NCBI GenBank assembly: GCA_024403855.1
Contig: JAKSRC010000008.1
Location: 4,584-68,583, forward strand
From: Saccharofermentans sp.
Lineage (GTDB): Bacteria; Bacillota; Clostridia; Saccharofermentanales; Saccharofermentanaceae
Reading direction: 5' to 3'
Length of the DNA: 64,000 nt
Shown: piece after piece, positions 8,229-17,963 of the stretch
Position numbering within the stretch: position 1 is the stretch's first letter
Layout of the letters: each line of letters begins with the position of its first letter
Translations under genes and position numbers: made by a program
The notes under the pieces: model-generated
Told to the model about the DNA's origin: nothing
The model's database searches: none
The model's input: only the letters and a program-made list of their open reading frames with translations

Positions 8229-11200
8229 TATTTAAGCTCCATAGACAAGATTTTGGAAACACCACGTTCAGCCATTGTAACACCGTACATCTGGTCACAT
8301 GCTTCCATGGTACCCTTACGGTGTGTAACAAGGATAAACTGAGACTTTGTAGAATGTCTTCTAACGAAGTCTGTAAATCTTGTGATATTAACGTCGTCCA
8401 ATGCTGCCTCGACCTCGTCCAAAATGACAAACGGTGAAGGCTTCAATTCCTGAATAGCAAAAAGCAATCCGATTGCAGTAAGGCATCTCTCACCACCAGA
8501 AAGGAGTGAAAGATTCTGAAGATTCTTTCCCGGTGGCTGTGCCTTGATGTCGATTGCACGCTCAAGTACATCATCAGAATCGCCACTAAGAATAATCTCA
8601 GCAGTACCACCTCCGAAAAGATCCGCAAAGACTTTTCCGAAGTTCTCATTAATTGTATTGAAATGCTCGTTAAACTCAGCTCTCATCTTTGTCAGGAGTT
8701 CATCGATAACCAATTCAAGGTCTTTCTTAGCAGCTTCGATATCATCACGCTGCTTTGTCATGAACTCAAGTCTTTCAGAAAGCTCTGAGAATTCCTGTAA
8801 AGCACCAAGGTTAACCGGACCAAGTGCCTTAATCGCATTCTTCAAAGTCTGGATTCTCTTAGTCTGCTCGCCAATCTTCGTGACGGGCTCTACAGAATCC
8901 TTGATATTGTCATATGTTGTCTCGTAATCTTCCCAGAGTCTGTTCTTATTCTGGTCAATCTCGAAAATAATCTTGTCGTATTTAGCAACATGGTCATTAA
9001 GTCTTGCCTGAAGAGTGCTTACTTCATTACCACTTGCTGCAAGTCTGTCACCAAAGGATGAGAGGTCGCTGGAAATGCTCGTTCTCTTCTCAAAAAGCTT
9101 GGCAATCTCAACTTCCAAAACTTTCTGCTGCTTGGAATTCTCATCGAGCATCGCATCAAAGCTGTTTATCTCCTGTGTGATGCTGTTAACAGTATCCTTG
9201 CATTCCTTAATCTGAGAATCGAACTTGTCCCTGCCCTGCTTTGCTTCTTCAATCTGCTTCTTAATATGACCTGCCAGGTCAAGAATACCGCTTCTTTCAG
9301 TAAGCTTTCGTTCAGCAAGAGAAGCTGCTTCTCTTACCTTGGACACGATTTCATCAAGCTTTGCTGCCTGTTCTTCAGACAACTTCTGCTGTTCTTCAAT
9401 CTCTTCCTGGAAGTCGGACAACTCGCTGTTGATCTCTCTTTCGATACGTGCAAGTTCTTCCTGATCTTCCTCAAGTCTTATCTTAGACTTTGAAACTGAC
9501 TGCATATTCTCATCATAATTGGAAAGAGTAGCCTCAGTCTCTTCAAGTCTTGTCTTCGTATTATTGTATTCACCCTCAGCTTTTACTTCTTCGAGCTGAT
9601 AGAATTTTAACTGCTCACCAAGCTGTGCAAGTTCTCTTCTGAGTGTTCCAATCTCATCGTCTACTTCCTGACGCTGGTCTTCAGATTTTGAAAGCTTAGA
9701 TTCCAAATCAGCAACCGACTTGGTAAGAGCTTCGATCTCTGCTTTTCTGCCAAGGATACCGGTTCCGGCGCCTGTCTTTCTCATTGAACCACCCGTAAGT
9801 GAACCGCCGGGGTTAACAGAGTCGCCTTCCAATGTCATAACTTTATAAGCTCTTCCTGTCTTGGAAGCAATAATTCTTGCAGAATCAAGGTCATCTGCTA
9901 CAAGTATTCTGCCTAAAAGGTTAGCGATAATGTCTTCGAGATCACGACCGGACTTAACAAGATCTGCTGCAACGCCGATGTAGCCCTTTACGCCTTTTGC
10001 CTTGTAAAGGTCATCTTCATCAATATATCTGGCTCTGATATTCTCAATAGGAAGGAATGTAACTCTTCCAAGTCGCTTATCCTTAAGAATCCCGATAAGT
10101 TCAGCAGCATCAGCTTCGCTCTTGGTTACGACATTGTGGAGTGCATTTCCAAGTGCTGTTTCAATAGCTGTCTCATACTTGTTATCAGTTTCAATGAGGT
10201 CGCCTAACACACCGACCATAAGTCTCTTAACAGATCTGTCAGTATCAGAAAGTTCCATAAGTCTTTTAACTGACTCCTGGTATCCTTCCTTACGTCTGTC
10301 GATATCTTTCAAAGTTTTGAGCTTTGACTCTTCTGCTGAAAGCTTTCTGTTATTAACCTCAAAGAACTGGTTAAGTTCTGTCTGGCGAACTCTCAATTCT
10401 TCAAGCTTCTTATTTCTGACGTCGATGTCGTTAGTTACATCGCCCTTAATCTTCTTTATCTCATCCAAAGCCTTCTCGTGCTCTGTAAGCTTCGTGCTTA
10501 ACTCAGCCTTACCACTTTCAGAAGCCGTTCTTGCTTCCTGCATATCCTTGATCTTGTCAGCTAATGCAGAGATTCCGGCCTGGCATTCAGTAAGCTTCTT
10601 TCTTGTCTCGAAAAGTTCTTCCGTCTTAGCCTTGATCTTTGAATCTGCCTTGCCGGCTTCTTTTCTTCCGGCTTCGTACTCTTCATATTTGGAAAGACGC
10701 TCTTTATCGAGTTCCTCGCTTAAAAGCTTTGCCTCATTTGCAGCCTGAAGGAGACTGTCAGCCTTTTCCTTCTTCTCATTGAGCTCAACAGTGAGTTTTT
10801 CTACAGTCTCATCTGTAGATTCCATATCAGACTTCAGTTCTTCAATTCTCTGATTGGTCTGGTTAAGTCTTTCGATAGCAACTTTCTTATCGGTCTGTGT
10901 CTCATGCTCAAACTCGGTAAGGTCAGACAATTCCTGTCTCTTCTCTTCAATCTCTATCTCAAGAGCTTCGCTGCTTTCGATGATCTCCTGATGGCTCTTT
11001 CTAAGCTTTAAATACTCATCTTCACGCTCACGAATTTCCTTCTCGAGCTGTTCTTTAAGACCGGCAGAATCGCCCATCTCATTATTGGCTTCAGTAATCT
11101 TGTGAACAAGCAAAGATGTCTCAAGCTTCTTAAGTTCTTCGTAGTTCTCATTGAACTTACGAGCCTTGCCGGCCTGTTCTTCCAAAGGTCCTTTGCGCTG

Positions 11201-11797
11201 CTCAAGTTCACCGAGGATATCATTTATTCTTACAAGATTATCCTGAGTGCTGTTAAGCTTTCTCTGCGCTTCATCCTTACGGACTCTATACTTGACGATA
11301 CCGGAAGCTTCTTCAATGACTCTTCGTCTGTCTTCGGATTTGGTTGAAAGGATATCATCAACTCTTCCCTGTCCAACAAGAGAATAACCATCTCGGCCAA
11401 GACCAGTATCAAGGAAAAGAACAGTTATATCCTTAAGTCTGCAGTTAACCTTATTAATCTGGTATTCAGATTCACCGGAACGGTAAAGTCTTCTTGTAAC
11501 GCAGATCTCAGGGAAAGCATAATCAATATGTCCGTCGGAATTATCGAAAGTAATAGATACTTCAGCATAGTTCATGGAACGTCTTGCTGACGTACCATTA
11601 AAGATGACATCTTCCATCTTGCCGCCACGGAGCTGCTTAACACTCTGCTCGCCCAAAACCCAACGAACGGCATCGCTGATATTGGATTTACCACTGCCGT
11701 TAGGACCAACCACGGCCGTAAGACCGCGGTCAAAATCAATACAGGTATAATCGGGGAATGATTTGAACCCCTGAAGCTCTAATTTCTTTAGATACAT
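8228..11797 (-). CDS. smc: chromosome segregation protein SMC
   Basis: 1189 aa. Walker A is GPNGSGKSN, followed by long coiled-coil arms and a hinge. The signature motif is LSGGE and Walker B is FVILDEVEAALD. Confidence 0.95.
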   Translation of the reverse strand: MYLKKLELQGFKSFPDYTCIDFDRGLTAVVGPNGSGKSNISDAVRWVLGEQSVKQLRGGKMEDVIFNGTSARRSMNYAEVSITFDNSDGHIDYAFPEICVTRRLYRSGESEYQINKVNCRLKDITVLFLDTGLGRDGYSLVGQGRVDDILSTKSEDRRRVIEEASGIVKYRVRKDEAQRKLNSTQDNLVRINDILGELEQRKGPLEEQAGKARKFNENYEELKKLETSLLVHKITEANNEMGDSAGLKEQLEKEIREREDEYLKLRKSHQEIIESSEALEIEIEEKRQELSDLTEFEHETQTDKKVAIERLNQTNQRIEELKSDMESTDETVEKLTVELNEKKEKADSLLQAANEAKLLSEELDKERLSKYEEYEAGRKEAGKADSKIKAKTEELFETRKKLTECQAGISALADKIKDMQEARTASESGKAELSTKLTEHEKALDEIKKIKGDVTNDIDVRNKKLEELRVRQTELNQFFEVNNRKLSAEESKLKTLKDIDRRKEGYQESVKRLMELSDTDRSVKRLMVGVLGDLIETDNKYETAIETALGNALHNVVTKSEADAAELIGILKDKRLGRVTFLPIENIRARYIDEDDLYKAKGVKGYIGVAADLVKSGRDLEDIIANLLGRILVADDLDSARIIASKTGRAYKVMTLEGDSVNPGGSLTGGSMRKTGAGTGILGRKAEIEALTKSVADLESKLSKSEDQRQEVDDEIGTLRRELAQLGEQLKFYQLEEVKAEGEYNNTKTRLEETEATLSNYDENMQSVSKSKIRLEEDQEELARIEREINSELSDFQEEIEEQQKLSEEQAAKLDEIVSKVREAASLAERKLTERSGILDLAGHIKKQIEEAKQGRDKFDSQIKECKDTVNSITQEINSFDAMLDENSKQQKVLEVEIAKLFEKRTSISSDLSSFGDRLAASGNEVSTLQARLNDHVAKYDKIIFEIDQNKNRLWEDYETTYDNIKDSVEPVTKIGEQTKRIQTLKNAIKALGPVNLGALQEFSELSERLEFMTKQRDDIEAAKKDLELVIDELLTKMRAEFNEHFNTINENFGKVFADLFGGGTAEIILSGDSDDVLERAIDIKAQPPGKNLQNLSLLSGGERCLTAIGLLFAIQELKPSPFVILDEVEAALDDVNITRFTDFVRRHSTKSQFILVTHRKGTMEACDQMYGVTMAERGVSKILSMELK

Positions 11798-11877
11798 CCT
11801 ATAATCAGTTCCGTAGTAAATCCTTAAGTAACCTAAGCATTATAACTCAAACAGCGCCTTTTTGTAGGACAATCTGT

Positions 11878-12594
11878 TCAGCAGCCCTCCGGATAAAGGC
11901 GCATATACTCCTTTAAACCCTTCTCGGCACACTTCTGCTCAGCGTCCTTTTTGCTATGTCCCGTTGCACTTGCAAGAAGCATATCATCAGAATAAACATT
12001 GACGTCGAATTCTTTCATATGTGCAGGGCCTCTTTCGCCAGTCACTTCGAATCTTATCTTGTGCTGGAAGCCTCTCGTCTGAGCGAGTTCAAGAAGCCTG
12101 CTCTTGTAATCCAGGAAAATCTCGCCGTTAACAGCCTTATGCACTGTTTCGGTAAGATTTTTCAAAATGCATTTCCTGGCCTGTTCGAATCCACCGTCGA
12201 AATAAACTGCAGCAATGACCGACTCAAAACAGTCAGCCAATGTGGAATCCTTGTCATTACCACCGCTCTGTGATTCACCCTTACCAAGGAGAAGATACTT
12301 GCCAAGATTCAGCTTTCTGGCAACTTCAGCAAAAGATTTCTCACAAACGGAGACACTTCTCATTTTAGAAAGATAACCTTCATCAGCCTGAGGCTTCAAT
12401 TCGTAGATCATCTGACCTACAACAACGTCTAAAACGGCGTCGCCGATGAACTCAAGTCTCTGGTTAGACTCCCAGTGTCCTCTTCCCTGCTCGAAAACAT
12501 ATGTCGTGTGTGTAAAAGCAGTTTCAAGAAGAGACTTGTCTATAAAGGTATATCCTAAATCCTGTTCTAATTTTGAATAATCCATCATAGTCAT
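11878..12594 (-). CDS. rnc: ribonuclease III
   Basis: The signature ERLEFIGDAVLD is present, plus a C-terminal dsRBD. The exact start is ambiguous (MTMMDY...). Confidence 0.9.
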   Translation of the reverse strand: MTMMDYSKLEQDLGYTFIDKSLLETAFTHTTYVFEQGRGHWESNQRLEFIGDAVLDVVVGQMIYELKPQADEGYLSKMRSVSVCEKSFAEVARKLNLGKYLLLGKGESQSGGNDKDSTLADCFESVIAAVYFDGGFEQARKCILKNLTETVHKAVNGEIFLDYKSRLLELAQTRGFQHKIRFEVTGERGPAHMKEFDVNVYSDDMLLASATGHSKKDAEQKCAEKGLKEYMRLYPEGC

Positions 12595-12680
12595 TATTTA
12601 CAGAAAACGGCCGAATGCATTCTATTGCACCCAGCCGCTAAAACTCATAGGTAATTCAGAGATTAATTATCTCCGGTATA

Positions 12681-12926
12681 TTAGCCCTCTGTGAGGCTCT
12701 GAATATACTCGACTGCATCCTTAACAGTAACAACCTTCTCTGCTACATCATCAGGGATCTCAACGTCGAATTCCTGCTCCATAGCCATAACGAGCTCAAC
12801 CATATCAAGAGAATCTGCGTTGAGATCATCAATGAAAGAGGAATCCTCAGAGATTGTATCCTCATCTACGCCGAGCTGATCAACGATCATCTGCTTAATA
12901 GAGTTAAAAAGTTCTTCATTTGACAT
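12681..12926 (-). CDS. acpP: acyl carrier protein
   Basis: 81 aa and acidic, with the phosphopantetheine attachment motif [11 protein letters not shown]. Confidence 0.9.
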   Translation of the reverse strand: MSNEELFNSIKQMIVDQLGVDEDTISEDSSFIDDLNADSLDMVELVMAMEQEFDVEIPDDVAEKVVTVKDAVEYIQSLTEG

Positions 12927-13024
12927 AATATAGTACCTCCGTACAATTCTTGTTAAAACTACAAGATGTTTTTAATGTAATACTCGAAATTTGTCAATAG
13001 GTTATTTTGACTATCGAAGTATTT

Positions 13025-13648
13025 TTATCCTTTAAGATAATGCTTTCCTTTAAGAAGATAGTCAATACCTGAAATAATCGTCATAATGACACATATTCCG
13101 AAAAGAATGTCTCCAATTATGGTTATAGCGTTGATTTCCAAAGGATAACCATTGAAGCCCAAACGGAAAATCTCAAGAAGCAAAGGCTCAAACATAAGAT
13201 AAATAAGAGCAATCATCTGAGTGACTGTCTTTACCTTGCCAATCATTTTTGCCGCAATTACTTCACCTTTGGAAGCAGCAATCATTCTCAGACCAGAAAC
13301 TGCGAACTCTCTTAAGATAATGATCATTACGGCCCATACAGATATTCTTCCAAGGCCAATAAAAGCTAACATTATGCTTATTACAAGGATCTTATCGGCA
13401 AGAGAATCAAGGAATTTACCTAAATCGGTAATGAGATTATATTTTCTGGCAATTTTGCCATCAGCCATATCAGTCAATGATGCAATAATGAAAACACCGG
13501 CTGCAACAATCATTCCATACGAATTTATAAACTCATTCCAACCCTGAGGCTCCCATCCGAACAAACTGATTGGCAACATGAAAAGGAGCGTCACCGGTAC
13601 AAGAACGATCCTCGCGATTGATAATTTATTCGGAAGATTCATTGACAC
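13025..13648 (-). CDS. pgsA: CDP-diacylglycerol--glycerol-3-phosphate 3-phosphatidyltransferase
   Basis: The CDP-alcohol phosphotransferase motif DGKIARKYNLITDLGKFLDSLADK is present in a polytopic membrane protein. Confidence 0.85.
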   Translation of the reverse strand: MSMNLPNKLSIARIVLVPVTLLFMLPISLFGWEPQGWNEFINSYGMIVAAGVFIIASLTDMADGKIARKYNLITDLGKFLDSLADKILVISIMLAFIGLGRISVWAVMIIILREFAVSGLRMIAASKGEVIAAKMIGKVKTVTQMIALIYLMFEPLLLEIFRLGFNGYPLEINAITIIGDILFGICVIMTIISGIDYLLKGKHYLKG

Positions 13649-13713
13649 ATTCTCCTTTTAAAAAGATATGCCTTTTGGGCAACACACTTATAATACACAG
13701 ATTTCACGACCCG

Positions 13714-15090
13714 TCAAATCGTAACAGCGGTCATATCGTAATCATCGGAGCAATCGACAATCTTAACATCATAGAATTCACCGATTTTAAGTTCCTCTTC
13801 CTGTGAAGCAATGTAAATGAGCGGATCTACCTCCGGTGATTCTCCATAACTTCTTCCGATATAGAAAATACCGTCATCTGATACTGAGCAGATATTAACT
13901 TTAGTAACAGTTCCCAAACGCTTTTCTGTCTGCTCTTTGGAAATCTCTCTCTGAAGCTCATAAATCTCATCATATCTTCTCTGCTTAGTCTCATCGTCAA
14001 CCTGATCAGGCAGATCATAAGCCGGAGTACCCTCTTCAGGAGAGAAAATAAAACATCCTAATCTATCGAACTTCCACTTCTTTAAGTTCTCTTTCATTAT
14101 CCTGAAGTCTTCTTCTGTCTCACCAGGGAAACCTACCATTACAGTAGTACGGATTATAGCGTCAGGCATAGCCTTCCTTATCATCTCAAGTCTCTGAGTA
14201 ATAAGTTCAGAATTATCCCTTCTGTACATAGCCTTCAAAATCTTGTCAGAGCCATGCTGAATCGGAATATCAAGGTAGTGAGCGATCTTAGGATTATTTG
14301 CCATCTCTTCGATAAGCTCAGGTGTTATACCATCCATATAACCATACATAACACGAATAAGCTCAATACCATCAATATCAGACAAACTCTTTAAGAGCTT
14401 GTGCAAACAACGCTCATTATAAAGTTCAATACCATAGTTGGTCGTATCCTGAGCAGCAAGGACAATTTCTTTCACACCTTTAGAAGCAATAACTTTTGCT
14501 TCTTCAATGATGCTTTCAATCGGTCTGGATACAAATGTGCCTCTGATAAGAGGAATAGCACAGAAACTACATCTGTGGCGGCATCCTTCACCAATCTTAA
14601 GCCATGCGTATGCCTCTGTTGAAAGATCTCTATCCTCAATAAGGTGATCAAAACCACCTACGCCACTTGTCAGGTTGATCTTATCAGTAGTATCGACATC
14701 CATCTCAGCTTGAAGCTTTGCGACAACATCAACAATATCGCCGTAATGAGCAGTACCCAATACGGCATCAACCTCTGGAAGCTCCTTGAGGATATCTTCC
14801 GGATATCGCTGAGACAAGCAGCCTGAAACGATAATCTTTTTAACATTACCATTAGGCACTTTATAATCAGCAACTTCCAAAATGGTATCAATTGCCTCTG
14901 TCTTTGCAGACTCGATAAAACCACATGTGTTGATAACAACGATGTCAGAATCAGAGACATCATTGATTACGTTATATCCTGCATTTTTAAGGAGCTTGGA
15001 CATCGTCTCGCAATCAACGAGATTCTTAGAGCAGCCTAAAGCAAGAAGCGTAATCTTAATATTTGAATTAATGTTTGTTTTGTTTCCCAT
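13714..15090 (-). CDS. rimO: ribosomal protein S12 methylthiotransferase RimO (MiaB-family radical SAM)
   Basis: The N-terminal MTTase domain shows LGCSKN. The radical-SAM motif is CRHRCSFC and a C-terminal TRAM-like domain follows. The rimO-pgsA adjacency is typical of Firmicutes. Confidence 0.8.
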   Translation of the reverse strand: MGNKTNINSNIKITLLALGCSKNLVDCETMSKLLKNAGYNVINDVSDSDIVVINTCGFIESAKTEAIDTILEVADYKVPNGNVKKIIVSGCLSQRYPEDILKELPEVDAVLGTAHYGDIVDVVAKLQAEMDVDTTDKINLTSGVGGFDHLIEDRDLSTEAYAWLKIGEGCRHRCSFCAIPLIRGTFVSRPIESIIEEAKVIASKGVKEIVLAAQDTTNYGIELYNERCLHKLLKSLSDIDGIELIRVMYGYMDGITPELIEEMANNPKIAHYLDIPIQHGSDKILKAMYRRDNSELITQRLEMIRKAMPDAIIRTTVMVGFPGETEEDFRIMKENLKKWKFDRLGCFIFSPEEGTPAYDLPDQVDDETKQRRYDEIYELQREISKEQTEKRLGTVTKVNICSVSDDGIFYIGRSYGESPEVDPLIYIASQEEELKIGEFYDVKIVDCSDDYDMTAVTI

Positions 15091-15126
15091 AGAAACGAAT
15101 TATAACAGATTACGATTAAATGTAAT

Positions 15127-15152
15127 ACGGCCACAATCTTAGTTGTGGCCGT
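15127..15152 (-). terminator. stem-loop between recX and rimO (weak terminator or RNA stability element)
   Basis: ACGGCCACAA / TTGTGGCCGT form a perfect 10-bp stem with a 6-nt loop. The downstream U-tract is poor (AUUACAUUU). Confidence 0.45.
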
Positions 15153-15162
15153 AAAATAAATA

Positions 15163-15633
15163 CTATTGATTTGATTCCAAATATAGTCTGAATGCTCTCC
15201 TGGCTACCTCAATTCCGTAACCTCTGAGTGCAGCAAGCTTTAGGAACTCATTCTCCCTGTCAAAGGTATCTTCTTCCGGATATTCACCGAAATTGGCCTT
15301 AAACAGACTTAAACAGGTATCCTTATCACTTTCAAGTTCATCATATACGACATCTGCATACTCAGGATCAATGCCCGCCTCTAAGAGACGCTGGTATATG
15401 AATTGTCTGCTTTCTTGCTTCCTTCCGGATCTGACCGCTAAAACCTTACGCGAAGCACGCAAGTCATCAATGTAACCGGACTCAATCAAAAGCTTAACAG
15501 CTCTATTGGCTACATCTTCAGGATAGCCCTTCTGCTTAAAATAGAGCTTAATCTTACCTGAAGAGTAGATTCCGGTTCCGATATGCCTGATCGCGCAGGT
15601 TACGGCTTCCTTGGTCATATTCGTATCAGACAT
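15163..15633 (-). CDS. recX: recombination regulator RecX
   Basis: 156 aa, helical-repeat protein. It overlaps the recA stop by 8 nt, the classic recA-recX arrangement. Confidence 0.75.
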   Translation of the reverse strand: MSDTNMTKEAVTCAIRHIGTGIYSSGKIKLYFKQKGYPEDVANRAVKLLIESGYIDDLRASRKVLAVRSGRKQESRQFIYQRLLEAGIDPEYADVVYDELESDKDTCLSLFKANFGEYPEEDTFDRENEFLKLAALRGYGIEVARRAFRLYLESNQ

Positions 15634-16747
15634 CGATTCCTAAAATATCGTCGTCATCAGACTCATCCTGCTCAGCTTCAGCAATTGCAGAATCAGGTAT
15701 GTCATCATCTTCAGCCGGCATATAAGATTCTCTAATCTTCTGTTCAATCTCAGAACATACATCAGGATGGTCAATAAGATACTGCTTAGCTGCATCTCTA
15801 CCCTGAGCAATCTTTGCTCCGTTATAGGCAAACCAGGAACCACTCTTATCAATGATGTTATTCTCAACACCAAGGTCAATGATGCATCCTTCAGAAGAAA
15901 CACCCTTACCATACATAATATCGAACTCAGCTTCCTTGAACGGAGGAGCTACCTTATTCTTAACGATCTTTGCTCTGGTATGGCTTCCGACAACATCAGT
16001 ACCATTCCTTAATGTCTCAACCTTTCTTACATCAAGTCTTACAGATGCGTAGAACTTAAGAGCACGTCCACCAGGTGTTGTCTCAGGGTTACCGAACATA
16101 ACGCCAACCTTCTCACGCAACTGGTTAATGAAGATGCAGATTGTATTGGACTTAGATACGACAGGAGCAAGCTTTCTTAACGCCTGGCTCATGAGACGTG
16201 CCTGAAGACCTACATGAGAATCACCCATCTCACCTTCAATCTCTGCTCTGGGCACAAGAGCTGCTACGGAGTCGATAACTACTACATCAATGCAGCCACT
16301 GCGAACGAGTGTCTCGCAGATCTCCAATGCCTGCTCACCTGTATCAGGCTGAGACAAAAGGAGATTATCAACATCAACACCGATATTGCCTGCGTAAACC
16401 GGATCCAAAGCGTGCTCTGCATCGATGAATGCGCATGTACCACCCATCTTCTGTGCTTCAGCAACACAATGAAGTGCGACTGTTGTCTTACCTGAAGATT
16501 CAGGTCCATAAATCTCAATGATTCTTCCTCTGGGAAGTCCACCAATACCAAGTGCGATATCAAGTGTCAAAGCACCTGTAGGAATAGTATCAATTTCAAC
16601 CTGAGCCTTATCGCCCAAACGCATTACGGCACCCTGACCGAACTGCTTCTCAATCTGAGCCATAGCGGCATCAAGAGCTTTTCTTCTTTCATCCTTATCC
16701 TGTACCTGGGCAACTGAGCCCTTAGCTGCATTCTTACTCTTAGCCAT
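15626..16747 (-). CDS. recA: recombinase RecA
   Basis: Shows [22 protein letters not shown], Walker [10 protein letters not shown] and an acidic C-terminal tail. Confidence 0.97.
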   Translation of the reverse strand: MAKSKNAAKGSVAQVQDKDERRKALDAAMAQIEKQFGQGAVMRLGDKAQVEIDTIPTGALTLDIALGIGGLPRGRIIEIYGPESSGKTTVALHCVAEAQKMGGTCAFIDAEHALDPVYAGNIGVDVDNLLLSQPDTGEQALEICETLVRSGCIDVVVIDSVAALVPRAEIEGEMGDSHVGLQARLMSQALRKLAPVVSKSNTICIFINQLREKVGVMFGNPETTPGGRALKFYASVRLDVRKVETLRNGTDVVGSHTRAKIVKNKVAPPFKEAEFDIMYGKGVSSEGCIIDLGVENNIIDKSGSWFAYNGAKIAQGRDAAKQYLIDHPDVCSEIEQKIRESYMPAEDDDIPDSAIAEAEQDESDDDDILGIDV

Positions 16748-16769
16748 ATACTCCTCCTAAACCAACGTT

Positions 16770-16781
16770 GAACATTTGTTC
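16770..16781 (-). promoter_or_regulatory. LexA (Cheo/SOS) box upstream of recA
   Basis: GAACATTTGTTC matches the Gram-positive SOS-box core GAAC-N4-GTTC. It lies between the candidate -10 and the recA Shine-Dalgarno site. Confidence 0.8.
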
Positions 16782-16795
16782 TTATTTATGAGTTA

Positions 16796-16824
16796 ATTCT
16801 ATTGTTATGATACACTTTTGTCAA
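16796..16824 (-). promoter_or_regulatory. candidate sigma-A promoter for recA
   Basis: On the minus strand: TTGACA (16819-16824), a 17-nt spacer, then TAGAAT (16796-16801). Confidence 0.65.
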
Positions 16825-16950
16825 CAAAAATAACCTCCGAATTAAGAACAAAGTAAAACATGCACCATTATTCGGACAACACTTTTTAAAGTTCCTTGTT
16901 TTTACTGCATTTCACGGTTTCAAAACTCTAGTTTCGAGTATTCATCTGAA

Positions 16951-17030
16951 CAAAAAACGACAAAAAACGACAAGGAATTACAAGAAACGACAAAACTATA
17001 GTTGAAATGCGACAAATAATACGACAAAGG
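16951..17030. repeat. array of 5 ACGACAA-type heptamers (one is GCGACAA)
   Basis: Motif starts are at 16957, 16967, 16987, 17009 (GCGACAA) and 17021. Spacings are 10, 20, 22 and 12 nt. The array is intergenic, between the ldt stop and the recA promoter. Confidence 0.7.
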
Positions 17031-17043
17031 TATTTTGCGTTCG

Positions 17044-17961
17044 TTATTTCTTTAGCTTATCTGCAGTATCAATAATTACTACACAATCAGGAGAAACTCG
17101 CTTCATAACTTTTACCATGGCATCCTTAGGGATTGCGACACAGCCGGCAGTGTATTTGTTATTACCATAACAATGAAGGAAAATGGCTGAACCTCTTCCT
17201 ATAGTGCATTCTTCGTTGAAGCTGATATTAAGACAATACTGATAGGACTTTGTATATTCAATCAGATGCTCACTGCTCTTCTTATCGAGGTTCGGAACAT
17301 CTTTAATACTGACCATTTCGTTATAATGCATTCCCTCACGCATATCACCTGACCAATATAGATTATTATTGACTTTAGTATAAGGAATTGCACATCCCGG
17401 ATCATTTGCGATTCCGAAGGCTGCATTGAAGCGATAAACGCCGATGGGCGTCTTACCACAACCTTCTTTTCGATCAGCATCAAGGACCATGCCCTTTTTA
17501 CCAACATATCCGTTAACTGAAAGTATCTGAATCCAATTGCCTTCACTATCTCGTTCATGCATAGACACTTTGCAGGTAGTCTTGCTCATTCCGGAAGCAG
17601 CAACTATCAGCATTTGTTTTGTTCCACTGTCTTTTGCCTGGGGAAGGTTCGTAACCCATTCAGGAGAAGGAGTCGATGCATCTCCTGCCGTCTCAGGTAC
17701 AGTCTCTGATTCAAAAACATTCTGTTCAAGGAAAGTTTCTTCTGTTGTAGTCTCCGATACTGATGAAGTTTCTGTTGTAGTTGTTGCTACAGACTCTGTT
17801 TCAGTCGCAGAACTCGCTATTGTGGTCTCTGAACTGGCAATAGAAACATCGATAATAGGCTCTGTGCTGGTATTGGAACCTGAAAGATTACAGGATGCGA
17901 TACCAACTATCACGTTAATAACGGCAAATATAGATAGCAGTCTAAACGTGACGTTCTTCAT
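17044..17961 (-). CDS. L,D-transpeptidase (YkuD-family) lipoprotein
   Basis: The signal peptide has the lipobox IASC. A Ser/Thr/Glu-rich linker follows. The C-terminal catalytic motif is HCYGNN..TAGCVAIP (His ... Gly-Cys). Confidence 0.8.
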   Translation of the reverse strand: MKNVTFRLLSIFAVINVIVGIASCNLSGSNTSTEPIIDVSIASSETTIASSATETESVATTTTETSSVSETTTEETFLEQNVFESETVPETAGDASTPSPEWVTNLPQAKDSGTKQMLIVAASGMSKTTCKVSMHERDSEGNWIQILSVNGYVGKKGMVLDADRKEGCGKTPIGVYRFNAAFGIANDPGCAIPYTKVNNNLYWSGDMREGMHYNEMVSIKDVPNLDKKSSEHLIEYTKSYQYCLNISFNEECTIGRGSAIFLHCYGNNKYTAGCVAIPKDAMVKVMKRVSPDCVVIIDTADKLKK

Positions 17962-17963
17962 AA

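Noticed and set aside
10122-10748. 208-aa plus-strand ORF inside smc, and many similar 60-230-aa ORFs antisense to large genes. Examples are 29944-30642 in lysA, 63088-63882 in addA, 53640-54191, 6019-6555 and 17537-17977.
   Set aside because: These are shadow ORFs on the opposite strand of well-supported genes. They have low-complexity Ser/Leu-rich translations and no Shine-Dalgarno sites.
12595-12680. Possible terminator after acpP (CGGC...GCCG pairing around 12611-12645).
   Set aside because: The stem is only 4-6 bp with a long irregular loop and no U-tract. acpP-rnc are probably co-transcribed.
16951-17030. I considered the ACGACAA array as a CRISPR array or as Spo0A boxes.
   Set aside because: The repeat unit is only 7 nt with spacers of 3-15 nt, so it is not CRISPR-like. 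The 0A box is TGNCGAA and these read TGTCGTT/TGTCGTA/TGTCGCA, so the 3' half does not match.
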